From positions 37,820,001 to 37,884,000 of the forward strand of contig OX597832.1 of assembly GCA_951406725.2 (NCBI GenBank): a DNA stretch of 64,000 nucleotides, given 5' to 3'. A program made the position numbers and the translations under genes. Every line of letters starts with the position of its first letter. The stretch's first letter is position 1. The notes below the pieces were generated by a model that had not been told where the DNA came from, searched no databases, and worked only from the letters and a program-made list of their open reading frames with translations. Shown one piece after another: positions 14,700-28,045 of the stretch. This DNA comes from Octopus vulgaris (taxonomy: Eukaryota).

Positions 14700-15489
14700 A
14701 GAGGCTTTTCTAGGACATCAGCGTCACTCGGGGTCATCACCTTTTTCGCATAAGACAACATGCCTGCTCGAAGGATTTCACGGTTTTGCGCTTTATTTAC
14801 AGGCCCCAAATGGTTAATTTTTTTCTTATATCTATCAACAAGTCTTTCTCCAATTATAATTTAAGAGGTAAAATAAAGCAACCCCGCGAAACACAACTGC
14901 CCTTTACACACATTCGCACAGAGTAACAGCGATCAAATAACGACAGCGGAGTGTTCAGCAAACATCAGCGATCTGACTGTTACCTGTACTCTTGACAAGA
15001 GATGCCAGTTAGTCTTTTACACCTGCCAGGCTCATTCGTATAAGCCTGAGTTGCTGGGATAATTGTTCGTCCCTTTAAGAATATTGTAGAACAGAAACTT
15101 TTCATCGATTGGCATTTAAATCTTGATCTCTATAGAAATTTATTGTTTCAAGAAAACACTGAATTTGAATTACTTTTAATCTTTATGTTTATAGGTAACA
15201 ACGCGGGCTGTAACTTCTGAGCCTGAGCCAGTCGTGTCTGAACGATGTCAAGAGAACGTCGCTACGAATGATATTTTTTGACACAGGGCATCTCTAAGAC
15301 GATCGGCAGACGCTGAACGAAAATAAATAAACTGTGACCAGGCTCAATAGGTCAAGTTATTGGCTACTATTACATACTTGAAGTCAGTTTTTGGCAGAAA
15401 TGAAATCCGCTTGCAAATACACGTTCACTTTACTAAATTTATTCTCGGGCTAAGAACGAACAGCCTGAGTGCCGGACTCGCCACTGATA
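14696..15489. mobile_element. 794-bp insertion splitting a (TA)n tract; probable solo LTR, alternatively a short-TIR DNA element
   Basis: Complex sequence flanked on both sides by (TA)n; ends TGTCAGAGGC ... GCCACTGATA form an 8/10 inverted repeat with a TG start and a decayed CA end; AATAAA at 15322; no ORF. Confidence 0.55.
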
Positions 15490-15663
15490 TATATATATAT
15501 ATATATATATTTATGTGTGTGTGTGTGTGTGTGTGAAAATTACAACTATATATTTATATATATAAACATATATATATATATATACATACATATATATATA
15601 AAAGCACACACACACACACACATATATATACATATATACTAACATATATATATACACATACAC

Positions 15664-15695
<32 letters not shown>

Positions 15696-16391
15696 ATATA
15701 CATACATATATATATATGCAAAAACACACATATGCATACACAGACGCACACAATACCGACACACATAAACACACGCAGTCCAGTACATGTTTGCAGACCC
15801 ATTTTTTCTGTGTGTGTGTGTGTGTGTGTGAGTGTGTGTATGGTGGGGGGAGAAACTCCAAGCCATGAATAAATGTTTACAGATTTATACCGTTACAAAT
15901 ATCAAGTGTGATGTCAATGAAAGCTTCAAGTCCATACATAATGTCAGAGCAACTTCTGTCCAGTCTGTTTCCAGATGGTTCTCTCTTAGCCATCTCACCC
16001 TCCGTCTTTCTTTTCTCCTTCTTCTTCTTTTCCTCTTTCTCTCCCCCCACCCACAACGACCCTCTTCCTATTTATCCCGTTCTTCATTCCTAACCCGTCT
16101 TTGCACCTGGATCTGCTCTCATTCAAACCTTGTTAAAGACCACTCGCCTTTCTCTCAACCCCACTCGCCCCACCGGCTTTCTTTACTGATTTGCATAATG
16201 CTTTCTCCATTTCTGTGATGTTGATGTCATCGTCGCCGTCGTGGTGGTGGTGGTTGTTATTGTTGTTGTTGCAACTGTTGCTTATCGCACACGTACATTG
16301 TCGATTGAGTGTAAGCAGATATGATTATGTGTGTTTAATGTATACACAATATGGCATACATGCTTGTGTGCATATATACACATACGTACAA

Positions 16392-16438
<47 letters not shown>

Positions 16439-16529
16439 GCTTTATCCACATATACACATACGCGCACGCACGCACGCACACACACACAAATATGCGTATG
16501 TGTGAACACACAGCTTTATTTTGGTATTT

Positions 16530-16720
16530 TTAGGTATTTTGTCTGCTGCTACGTTCTGAGTTCAAATTCCGCCAAGGTCGACTTTGCCTTTCATCCTTTG
16601 GGGGTCGATTAAATAAGTACCAGTTACGCACTGGGGGCAACGTAATCGACTTAATCCGTCTGTCTGTCTTTGTCTCCTCTTGTTCGTGGGTAGTAAAGAA
16701 ATAGGTATTTTGCTCATCCT
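16530..16720 (+). mobile_element. SINE family A copy, 5' truncated
   Basis: ctacgttctgagttcaaattccgccaaggtcgactttgcctttcatcctttgggggtcgattaaataagtaccag. Confidence 0.85.
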
Positions 16721-17362
16721 TACATTATTATTAGTGTCGTTGTTGTTAGAACAGGGGAGTCTCCATAGTGCCTTGTAGTATTTAGATAAGATTTTTTGTG
16801 ATCTGAGTTCAAATTCTGCTGAAGTCTGCTTTGGCATTCATCTTCCCAGAATGTCATGTGATATGGCTAGAATCGCTAATTATGATATGTAACCAGGTGC
16901 TGCACTTAAAAAAGTCATTGCCATTTTTTTTAATATATTGACAACAATAACGATTCCAGATATCGGCAACAGGACACTGGTACGGGAAGTGGAACGACGC
17001 CAGTATATTACTGGTACCTACGTTTGCCTCATTCAGAAGGATTTCAATACTGCAAGACATTTGTATAGTGCTTTAGCAACACGTATTCTGGACAATAGTA
17101 ATGTAAATGCATACATACGTACAGACTTATGTACTGATATTGCGTGTGTGTGTGCATGCATGTGCGTGCATGTGTGTGCGTGCATGTGTGTGTGTGTGTG
17201 TGTGTGTGAGCGTGTGTTTATATGTGTATATAAACGACTTTCTGCGTCCTCGTTATATTCATGCAATGAACGTAAAAATGCGTATGTTCGTCTATCCACG
17301 TCTGTAAATGAGACGTAGTTAGCAGCGTATGTATGTATATATATATATACATACATATATAT

Positions 17363-17412
<50 letters not shown>

Positions 17413-17577
17413 GTGCGTATAAACCATCATAATGTCTAGAATACTCTCAACGTCCACCATTCGATGTTTCTACACCTTTTTATAATCTCGTTTCAGCACG
17501 GTTCTTTCTTCACCTTTCCTGACATGACATACCTTCTCTCAGTACCCCTTTCCATAAAGCACACACACACACACACA

Positions 17578-17610
<33 letters not shown>

Positions 17611-18128
17611 GTGACACACACATTGTTAACGTATTTCCCACCCGACAACAGCTCAATGCATTTAGGTCTCCATTTCACACCAAATTTATAAATATTTAAT
17701 AGTTAGGACGGGGCCCCTCATGACAATTACATTTCATATCATTACAAAGAATTAACCATTATCGCATTGCGTGAACTTTTCTCGAATAACCCTCATTAAC
17801 TCTTAAACTACTTATTTATAATCTTAACGAGATGTTTGAGCAACGAGTCCACACTCTCCCTGGATACGACGCTAGCCCGTCACAAGTACGCATGACTATG
17901 TAGTTAGAAGTTTACTTCGAATCACGTGTTTTCATTCGTTTGCATGTGTGTGTGTATGTACCTGTTTGTGTGCCTCTCTGTGTGTGTGTGCCTGTGTGTG
18001 TGTGCCTATGTGTGCGTGCGCGCACTTCTGTATATGTGCATGTATGTATCAGAGAGAGAAAAAGAGAATGTGTGTGTGTATGAAAGAGAGAGAGAGCGAG
18101 AGAGAGTGTGTGTGTGTGTGAGTGTGTA

Positions 18129-18170
<42 letters not shown>

Positions 18171-18221
18171 CGTGTTTTGCAACAATGTTCTGACGTTGGT
18201 CATAGCACAATCGTTCTTCCA

Positions 18222-18955
18222 GAGGCGAGCTGGCAGAATCGTCAACACGTCGGGTAACATGCTAAAAGGCATTTCGTTCGTCTTTACGTTCTGAGTTCAA
18301 ATTCCACTGAGGCAAACTTTGCCTTTCATCTTTTCGGGGTTGATGTAATCGACTTAACCACAAAATTGCTGGCCTTGTGCCAAAATCTGAAATGAATAAG
18401 GCCAATAATTTTGAACAATTTTGAAGGGAAGATGCAAGTCAGTTCCATGGACTCCAGGTTTGACTTAGTTTATTTTATCAACCTCGATAGAACGAAAAGG
18501 AAAATTGACCTCAACGGTTTTTTTTAAACTCAGAACATAAAGAATCAACATCATTCTGTTAATATTGTTTCGAATTTTGGCACAAGGCCAGCGATTTAGG
18601 AGGAGAAGGAGGAGGAGGAGGGGGTAAATCAATTACGTCAACCGGTACTTGTTTTATCGACCCCGAGAGGATGGAAGGCAAAGTCGACTTCGGCTGAATC
18701 ATCATACTGTTAATATTAATAACAAATTGAAGGTGTTGAATTGGCAGAATCGTTAGCACGCCGGATGAAATGTGTAGTGGCATCTCGTCCGTCTTTACGC
18801 TGTGAGTTTTAATTCCGTCGAGGTTGACTTTGCCTTTTATCCATTCGGGGTCGATAAAATAAAATAAGTACTAATTGAGTACTGTGGTCAATGCAATCGA
18901 CTCCCCACCGCCACCCGCCACAAAATTGCCGGCCTTGTGCCAAAATTTGAAATCA
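18222..18955. mobile_element. Cluster of four SINE family A copies (+ ~18222-18390, - ~18400-18540, - ~18565-18700, + ~18730-18955)
   Basis: Repeated family A head, Deu/Nin-like core and ggccttgtgccaaaatttgaa tail in both orientations. Confidence 0.8.
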
Positions 18956-19182
18956 ATATTAATGACAAATGGTTAATATTAATGACACATGCCATTAAAT
19001 ATTGTTAGTATTTGCCATTCACTTTTAATATTACATTGTTAATATTTGACATCTACGTTAATAATTACTAAATTACTATCGTCATTTGGCCATGACTCGG
19101 CGGCTTTAACCGGATTAATGTGCTGAGAATAAGCATAACAATAATCAATAATTTTACATTAACCAATAAATGAATTTCAAGA

Positions 19183-19422
19183 TGACGTCACTAAGTGTTT
19201 TTGACAGGTTTGTTACCAACTGCGTTGACATGGTGTTACTAACAAGACTGACAAATCGTCGGTTGCGGCATTAACATGACGTCACCGACTCTGTTGACAT
19301 CACGTCAACAACTGTATTGCACTGGAGTGATATCACTGCACTGGAGTGATATCACGTTGGACTTTGTGACGTCATGAAGTGGACTATGATATCGCTCGTT
19401 CTAATTGCCCCGCGTCACGTCA
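19183..19422. promoter_or_regulatory. Cluster of CRE/ATF-type palindromes, candidate enhancer
   Basis: Perfect TGACGTCA at 19183, 19277 and 19367, plus TGACATCACGTCA, two GTGATATCAC and CGTCACGTCA; function is inferred only. Confidence 0.35.
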
Positions 19423-19904
19423 GGGAATAGCAAGATTGTATATCTATGTATGTTCTGGGTAGATAACTGTATTTCATTATTCATTCCCACCAAACCCATG
19501 TAGATGTATAAAGACAGGGTGGGCACGACTGGAACGTCTTTACCATAATTCTGCTCGATCTATAATTAACAACAACAAGAATATCCACTACAAGGTTAAT
19601 TGCATGAATAATTACTATGCAGGTGACCGAATAACTGAATTCGCATAGTCGACACCGACGGAAAACCATTTACTTTACTTATTTGTGTGTGTGTGCGTGC
19701 GCGCGTAGTGTGTGTGTGTGTGCATGGGTGTGTGCATGTGTATGCATGTTTTGTGCATTTTCACAATAGTATTTCCAGAGGCTATGGAAAAAAAACAACA
19801 AAAAAATATCGCCCTTTCCTCACCAAATACTCGTCCATTCATTAGAAGCTAGATTTTACACTCACGCTCAAACTCACACATTTTATGTGTGTGTGTGTGC
19901 ATAC

Positions 19905-20057
19905 ACTCTCGGAGTGGTTGGCGTTAGGGAGGGCATCCAGCTGTAGAAACTTTGCCAGATCGGACTGGAGCCTGGTACAGACTTCTGGCTTGCCAGCCCC
20001 CAGTCAAAACGTCCAACCCATGCTAGCATGAAAAGCAGACGTTAAACGACGATGATG
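19905..20057 (+). mobile_element. RTE-associated SINE/LINE fragment with (GAT)n tail
   Basis: tggttggcgttagggagggcatccagctgtagaaac...acccatgctagcatgaaaagcagacgttaaacgacgatgatga; related copy at about 24030-24125. Confidence 0.6.
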
Positions 20058-20277
20058 ATATATATATATATATATATATACATATACATAAATATATATA
20101 CATATATATATACATATATATATAAATATATATACATATATATATACATATATATGTACATATATATACATATACATTCATACATATAAATACATATACA
20201 TTCGTACATATATATAAATACATATACATTCGTACATATTTATAAATACATATACATACGTACATATTTATAAATAC

Positions 20278-20314
<37 letters not shown>

Positions 20315-20493
20315 CATATATATATATATAAATACATATACATATATATATATATATATACATACATACATATATATATAAATACATATACATATATACA
20401 TATACATATATACATATATATACATACATACATATACATATATATATATCTACATATACATATATATATAAAATTATAACAAGGGCATTATAG

Positions 20494-20555
<62 letters not shown>

Positions 20556-20906
20556 ATTATTTTTATTATAATATGTATAATAAATATGTATCAAAAAGCT
20601 ATTTTTGCGTGTTAGTACGATCATGCAAATAAAGGCAACTTTCTTGCATGGAAAAGCCATAATGAGGTAATGGGGTGGGTGAAGAATGGAAAAGGATTGG
20701 CAGGAATTAATAGAATACTCTCTCCTCCCCCTCTCTCTCTTTTCCTCACGCGCGCACACTCACAAACAAACGTATATGTGCGTGTATGAATCTGTGTATA
20801 TATGTATGCACCAATGTGTGTCTGTATGTATACATATATATATATATGTATATATGTATATATATATATACATATATATATATACATATATATACACACA
20901 CACACA

Positions 20907-20975
<69 letters not shown>

Positions 20976-22129
20976 GCATACACATTCATGTGTATACACG
21001 TTTCTAATTATGCTGTGTAATGCAGCAGACGCATAAAAATAAGACCTCTCTGTATGCAGATTTTTCACGTGACTGCATGTCAAGAAAACATTGAGAACCT
21101 GCACTTTCGTGTTTCTGTCGGTTTGTAGAGGAAGAAAGAGAAAAGAGTCAAAGGGAGGCATACAGTTGTTGTCGTCAATAATAACGCTTGTTTTGTGCCT
21201 AAGCATGATAACATAGGCAGAGCTGTTGTTTACGTACCGGTGAGGGTTGTAGTTTTTGCTAGAATCATTAGAAAACAGAGATTTGGGGGTTCCTTTTTTT
21301 TGGCTAGGTGTGGGAAGGCGAAATTTCATTTCTGCATTCAAGTATTCTTTTTACCAAAAAGGTGGGAAGAGTGGAGTTTAACGATCTTTTATATTCTGGA
21401 CCTTCGTGGTGGTGGTGTGGATTGTACTTGTACGGTGCTAAAGAAAAATATTCATTATTGTATATTAGGCTATGTTTTTCTTTTATATTCAAGGCGGTGA
21501 GCTAGCAGAACCGTTAGCATACCGGACCAAATGTTGGAACCGATGAAATGAGTACCAGTCAAGTACTGGGGTCTATGTAATTGACTTCGACCTTCTATCA
21601 GAAACTGGTGGTTCTGCCCGAAATTTGAAACCATATTTCTGTTTCTCCGTCAGTGATGGAGCGAAAGGAGGAACTTATTTTCAAACTAATGACCCGATCC
21701 TAATTCTTGCAACAGAGTGAAGTCCTCTAAAGGCACCCAGGAACTAGGTAGCGTTGTTGAATCTACAAGCAAAGAACTCAGAACACAATGAACCGGTATA
21801 AAATACTGCCAAAATATTTGGTCTTGGCACTCTAAGACTACTGCTAAGGCCACTGACCAGGATCGGTACATTATTTTATCGACCCCGAAAGGTAGAAAAG
21901 CAAATCTAACCTTGGTGGGTTTGAACTCAAAACGCAAAAACACTGAACAATTACCGTGGGCGTCTTGGCTCCCGATACTCATTTCATGTTTTTTCCCAGG
22001 GTCCCAAAAACAATTTCTTTATAAATTTTGATATTTTTCACTATATTATGTGAGGCAAGGATCATATTTAAACTTTTCTTTAAAAAAAAAAAAAAATTTA
22101 CTCAGGATCCACTGGTAGAGAGTTTGGTA

Positions 22130-22505
22130 CAGTGGTTCTAAACTGCGACCCATATAAAAAATATTGGGGAGTCCATGCAAGCAAAATAGTGAATTTGGTA
22201 GTATTTTACTTTCGATGTATTTATCGCAAGAAACAGCTAGGTTTCTTTCTCTAATGTTTTGCATTGTTGAACATGATTCCTACCACTGAAACATGTTCTC
22301 TCAAAGAGTGCTAGAGTAAACCTACACAAGTGAATGTAGGAAAAGACAAAAAAATAAAGAAAAGAAAAAAAGAAACAAAACAACAATTTTGAAAGACGTG
22401 TCTATAAAACTAGTATTTAAACATGGAATGGGTAGGGTCCACCAGAGTAAAATATTAATCAATGGGGTCCATAGGTAAAAAAAAAGAAACGGTTGAGAAC
22501 CATCG
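22130..22505. mobile_element. hAT (Charlie-like) MITE
   Basis: TIRs CAGTGGTTCTAAAC / GGTTGAGAACCATCG; 8-bp TSD GTTTGGTA (22122-22129) / GTTTTGTA (22506-22513). Confidence 0.85.
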
Positions 22506-22639
22506 GTTTTGTACCTTCTGTTTTGTTAATTATATTATATCTCGCATCTCATTACATGTTGAAACTCAGTATGAATTAAAATGTGCAAATCAAATGAAAA
22601 ACACAGACAAACTGTCGTTTATATAGAGAGAGATGAAAT

Positions 22640-22940
22640 GAGGCGCAGGAGTGGCTGTGTGGTAAGTAGCTTGCTAACCAACCACATGGTTCCGGGTTCA
22701 GTCCCACTGCGTGGCATCTTGGGCAAGTGTCTTCTGCTATAGCTCCGGGCCGACCAATGCCTTGTGAGTGGATTTGGTAGACGGAAACTGAAAGAAGCCC
22801 GTCGTATATATGTATATATGTGTGTGTGTTTGTGTGTCTGTGTTTGTCCCCCTAGCATTGCTTGACAACCGATGCTGGTGTGTTTACGTCCCCGTCACTT
22901 AGCGGTTCGGCAAAAAAGAGACCGATAGAATAAGTACCAG
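22640..22940 (+). mobile_element. SINE family B, well-preserved copy (tRNA-like A/B boxes, CORE-like TTGGGCAAGT)
   Basis: aggcgcaggagtggctgtgtggtaag...ccgggttcagtccc...cttgggcaagtgtcttc...gccttgtgagtggatttggtagacggaaactg, then an internal microsatellite and a tail ending in gaataagtaccag. Confidence 0.9.
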
Positions 22941-24829
22941 CTCAATGCCTTTCACAGAAAAGAAACATTTTTTTTTCTGTTAAAGGTACAACACCTGAAT
23001 TTTTGTTTTCTTTGGTGGGGGCTAGCCAATTATATCGACCCCAGTACGTAACTGGTAACGATTTCATCGACTTCAAAAGGATGAAAGGCAAAATCGACCG
23101 TGGCGGAATTTGAACTCAGATCGCAAATAGACGAAATGCCGCACTTATCTGAAGGACAGGCGAACTAGGCTGTTAACTCAACCATGGATACAATAAACTG
23201 AATTACAACATCATTTGGTACTTATAGCTAGGTGGGTAAGGCTATTAAGAGTTAAGTATATTGGCTTTGGATATAAAACGGTGAACTACATCAGACTGTG
23301 GTTCCTTCTAGCATCTAAGTAGACTACGCTGTTGGGTTTTGACTATCTCGGCCGCTGGCGTAATACAGTTGTACTTATAGCTAGGTCAGCAAACATGTTA
23401 AGCGTTAAGAACCTTCGTTAAGGACCCAATACAGTGAAACTTTCCACGTTGGTTCTTCCCTACATCAAGGGATGACTGAGCATCTGTCAGTTGAGTTCTT
23501 TTGCCAAAGACACCGACTGAGCTTGTAAGAGTGGACGAACCATCGGTCAGTCAGTTGGTTATACAGAATCCTAAACGACTTACATATCTGTGGTCTTTAA
23601 GGTTCTCTCAGCCTCAGTGTGCATGCCTACTATATAAGGGTAGCCATAGCTGTGAGGTTCGTGCAACCTTACGAGTCCAGGTTCAATACCACTGCGTTCT
23701 ACTCATCTATAGTTTCTGAGTCGAATTTGATACAAAGAAATGGCGAACAATCATGGATACTGGTTGTGTGGTTAAAAAACTTGCTTCTTAAACATGTGGT
23801 CTCGGTTTCAGTCCCATCGTGCAGTATCGTCTATGATAGTGCCAGAGCAGTAGCCTTGTGAATGGTTTTAGTTGATGGAAACTGTGTGGAAGGCGTGATG
23901 TGTGTGTGTGTGTGTATATACTCTTCTCATGACATTATATAAACAAGTATCACTTTCGTACAAGCGATGTTATTCGCTTCCGGTTCTCATTGAAAATTAT
24001 GCCTGGCAATTACCTTGCTTGGAAACAGGTGTGGGTTGTCGACAGGAAGGGAGTCTGACTGTAGAAAACCCTGCCACTAAAATTCCGTCTGACCCATGCA
24101 AACATAGAAAGTTGACGTTAAACGATTATTTATATTGTATACGACCATATGCCTATGGTGAATGAGTATTTACATTCACGAGAAGTGACAACAGTTTTGG
24201 TACTGGTGTTTATATATCGGTGAAAGATAAACACACCGTTGAGAAAATGGCTGATAAATCGGCGCATCGAACGAATATGCTTTGTGGTATTATTTCGTTC
24301 GAGTTGCTCTTATAATTCCTTGCCACTCTCATCATTGGAAACGCAGTCACCGTCGTTGGTAAATCCTGGCTGAGGACCGTCAGATGTTTATGTCTGCAAA
24401 GCTGCATATTTTTAAAATACCCAAATTAATTACAAATCGGTGTCGAGCAATTTAGAGACGAGTTAATTTACCAGTGTACCGAGTCCACAACACAATCGGT
24501 GCTGTTTAGATAAAGGTGTTCTATTAACGACTATTCCACCATTTTTATATTCTGCTGTGCTCACAAGCCGAGTGATCACATAATGAATATTCAGGCATTT
24601 GTTCATCCGAGGCCGGCATTGAAATTCAAGTGAGAGAGAATGTGAAAACTTAAGGATCTTTTGGACGATAACTGACGAAGTATTCTGTGTGAATTTTCCG
24701 TTTGTTGTTTTGTTTCTGTTCAAAATTTGGAACTTTTAAGTCTATCACTATATTCTATCAGTCTCTTCTCACTGTTTCCGGGGACGTAAAGAAACCAAGA
24801 GGCGATGGTGGGATCACAAACACACATAT

Positions 24830-25000
24830 ATACGATAGGCTTCCACAGTTTCCACGTACTAAATTTACTCACAAGGCACTGGTCAGTCCAGAGCTATAGT
24901 AGAAGATACTTACCTAAAGTGCCGCGTAATGGGACTGAACCCGAAAACTTGGGGTTGAAAAGCAAGCTACTTAATCACACATCCATAACTGCGCCTAGAT
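24830..25000 (-). mobile_element. SINE family B copy
   Basis: actcacaaggcactggtc...gggactgaaccc...agcaagctactta is the reverse complement of the 22640 copy. Confidence 0.8.
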
Positions 25001-25818
25001 GAAAGGATTAGAAATTCTTGAAATCTGTTCACACCATAAATATGTCAATGAATGACTATCACTCTTGTTGTTTATCACTTGAGGTGAACAAGCCTAAGAT
25101 TAAAGACGTCCTAGCTGTGACCATCCTATTTTTGCTGCTTGGGGATATTAAGAAAATATTATAGCGACGGAACTGTTAGAGAGTAGGATAAAAAAAAAAA
25201 AAAAAAAAAAGAAATTGCAGAATATTTTTCCGATTTTTTACGGTCGAAGTTTAAAATGTACACTTCACCGAAAGTATTAACTCAGGGCAGAAGATTTATT
25301 TATTTGGGTACGGAATAAACTGGCTTGTGATATTTATTCCGGCTCATAACGTTCCTTGTGAAACGAATTTGTCCTTTTCTATATCTGGCAAGACGATCAC
25401 TTGTGAAAAAACACAAAGCAACGAGACGGAATCCTTGGATTTTCCGAGGTTATGGCGGTTCACAAAGCTTTTCAAGGAAGTCATCAGAGACCTTCCTGTC
25501 CACCTTTAGATGGCAAGAAAAAGAAAAGAAGGAATGTTTTATCTAGGGCGCTTTCAGAGAATGGTGTTTAACAAACCCTCATCTTTTAGGGTCAAACAGG
25601 AGCTAATTTTATGGTTTATTATTTATATTTCTTTGTAGCATTCAATTTAGTATGCGCCTGTTTTGTTCGGACAAGTAACCCCTATGTTATCAAAGAAGAC
25701 TAGAGCCTCCCTATAGAAATTATATTGGCCCATGGAACAACATCATTGATGTTTCTACTCATCGACTTCATATTTTAATCCAGATATGTTTTGAAAATAT
25801 TTTACAGATATTGTTAAG

Positions 25819-25889
25819 ATATCGGTGGTTCAGTGGCAGAACGATTTCCTGCCATTCGAACGACCTGGTTTCTTTTTCCGGCCGCTGCA
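25819..25889 (+). pseudogene. tRNA-Gly(GCC) pseudogene
   Basis: 71 nt, colinear without gaps with eukaryotic tRNA-Gly GCATCGGTGGTTCAGTGGTAGAATGCTCGCCTGCCACGCGGGCGGCCCGGGTTCGATTCCCGGCCGATGCA; A box and CTGCCA anticodon loop kept, anticodon stem and B box (GGTTTCTTTTT) broken. Confidence 0.85.
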
Positions 25890-26434
25890 AAATTATTTAA
25901 TTTGGTATATTATTTCAACCAACATTCTTAGAGTAGGTCATTCCTAATCGAGCAGATCCATGATCAAAGCTCCCTAAATTTGTCTCCATAGCTCAGTATT
26001 CTTTTACTTGCTTCAGTCATTCAACTGCGGCTATGCTGGAGCATTGCCTTGAGCACTTCTTATAAACGAGGGTCTATAATTCTTACTGGGCGTTTTAGTA
26101 CCATATTCTAATAGTGGTGTCCCAGCTTAATCACAGCCTTTGGGGTACACTACATAGAAGGGTAAAGGATATGATTTCTAAGTAAAAGAAAAGCCTAAAT
26201 CCTCTTAGTACCCAGTGACACTTATAGAGTTACCACGACAATTCAGCCTCTAAGGAAGGGCCAACACCCAAGCTAAGGACGGCCAAGTTAATGCTGTTTC
26301 GAGAATGAGGCTGAGAGATTGAGTTAAATCTTCTAAACAGATTTTATTATCCGACATGCACACACACACATTTACACACTGACACGCACCCCAACAAATT
26401 ATATATATATATAGCAACACACTCACACATATAA

Positions 26435-26493
<59 letters not shown>

Positions 26494-27819
26494 CAATTAA
26501 TAATATGATGATCTATTTTACATATTTACAACTTTCTGTTTTGCTGCTGCTGCTGATCAACTAAAATATTACGTAGGTTTCAGAAGTTTACCACGATATT
26601 ACGAAACACGTGTTTTCAATCTCAGATCTTTTTCTTATCTCTTCATAATTATGAACTAACAGATACAAAATCAGCCGCCTAACTGAGAGTTAAATTACAG
26701 GTGAAATTAGTTATATTAATTTTCAAATTATGCAAGGCTACCATATGAGTGTACGAAACAGAAGAAAAAAATGAGTTTCGACAGATTTCCAAACGTACCC
26801 CAATTCCCCAAAATCTTTCGCATGGTCTGGGCAAGGTAGACTTAAATTCAGTTTTCCGATTCGTTTAAACGGAAGCTCGTATCAGTTCTTCGTCAATCAA
26901 GTAATGCGCAGAAACAAGCGAACACATTCATACTCAACAGGGAGCCTCTACAAACCTAATGTATTGAGCACTTCTCTCCCATTCCTTCGACACACTTCAA
27001 CATTTCTATAAGTATGTACGTGTGTGTGTGTAAACATTACCAATGTAACCTACTTAACATATGCGAGTTGTTTAAAAGCCGGTGGTCGCAGTTTCCGCAC
27101 GAGAAAGATCCCTTTATAGATGTGTTGTGTTAAAAATCACAATATACATCAGAGCTAGGCGAAAGGAAAGCGACCTACGAAAGCCGGTAATATGCTATTC
27201 CATTGATTAAAAATTTGCTAAATACTACACAATTTTAACCACTGGTTAAAGAAAATTTACAAAAATTCAACCGTGTTGATAGATTAATGAATTATAAAGG
27301 CTCAATAATTGCAAGATAATTAATTATATAGAGTTAATAATTATACATTAGTAATAGGAACTTTGTATCCCTTGTTGCCATCCACCCATAATTATATAAT
27401 TAATTTAATTTCTCAAAACTGACTACATTTCTACCGTTACCTATTAAACAGTGTAAATTTGAGTTCGCTATAATTAACCGTTTGAAGTTATCTCTCCTTG
27501 GATTTGGCTTCCTAATATATAGAGAGAGGAAGTTGTTAATTCTATATCTAAGAGATTAGCATATATTTCGACTAGCTTATCTAATTTATTTAATTATTGA
27601 ATACCCCGTTTTAATCATAATTACGTCTTTAATAATTTTGATAGGTGTAGGGGTGAACCGACGGCACAAACTTGCCACCAGTACATTAATCTTAAAAAAC
27701 AATTCTCTCAACAATTCTTTGAAAGTGATAAATCTACCATATATTCGCAAAATTGCAAATATTCGAGTGGAATTTTAATCAGTGCCTAAATATAGACATT
27801 TCATAATAATTCTTGAAAG

Positions 27820-28045
27820 ATCTTCCGTTATGGAATCCCCTTTGGCACCACTGTTCTATCTCCCGGAAAGCAAAGCTCCGTATCTATGTAGCATTGACCC
27901 TCTCCATTCTCCCCTCTTGAGCAGAAACGTGGCCCCTATTGAACAGCCTGGCAAAGAGTATCGATGACTTCGATAGCAGAGCCCTGAGAACAATCGAGAA
28001 CATCAGATGGTACCATCACACTTCCAACATACAACTGCTTGCGTA
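27820..28045 (+). mobile_element. RTE-clade LINE reverse transcriptase C-terminal fragment, degenerate
   Basis: Translates as ..ETWPLLNSLAKSIDDFDSRALRTIENIRWYHHTSNIQL, matching the RTE pattern LLYG.ETW....K.LD.F..R.LR.I..I.W...VSN. Confidence 0.7.

Noticed and set aside
23215-23470. About 155-bp degenerate direct repeat (tacttatagctaggt...) as a novel element
   Set aside because: It resembles two old reverse-oriented SINE remnants (cf. 41815-41900); too decayed to support more
25455-25495. Minus-strand CTGATGA-CTTCCTT-GAAA as a hammerhead
   Set aside because: Stem II cannot form and stem I is weak
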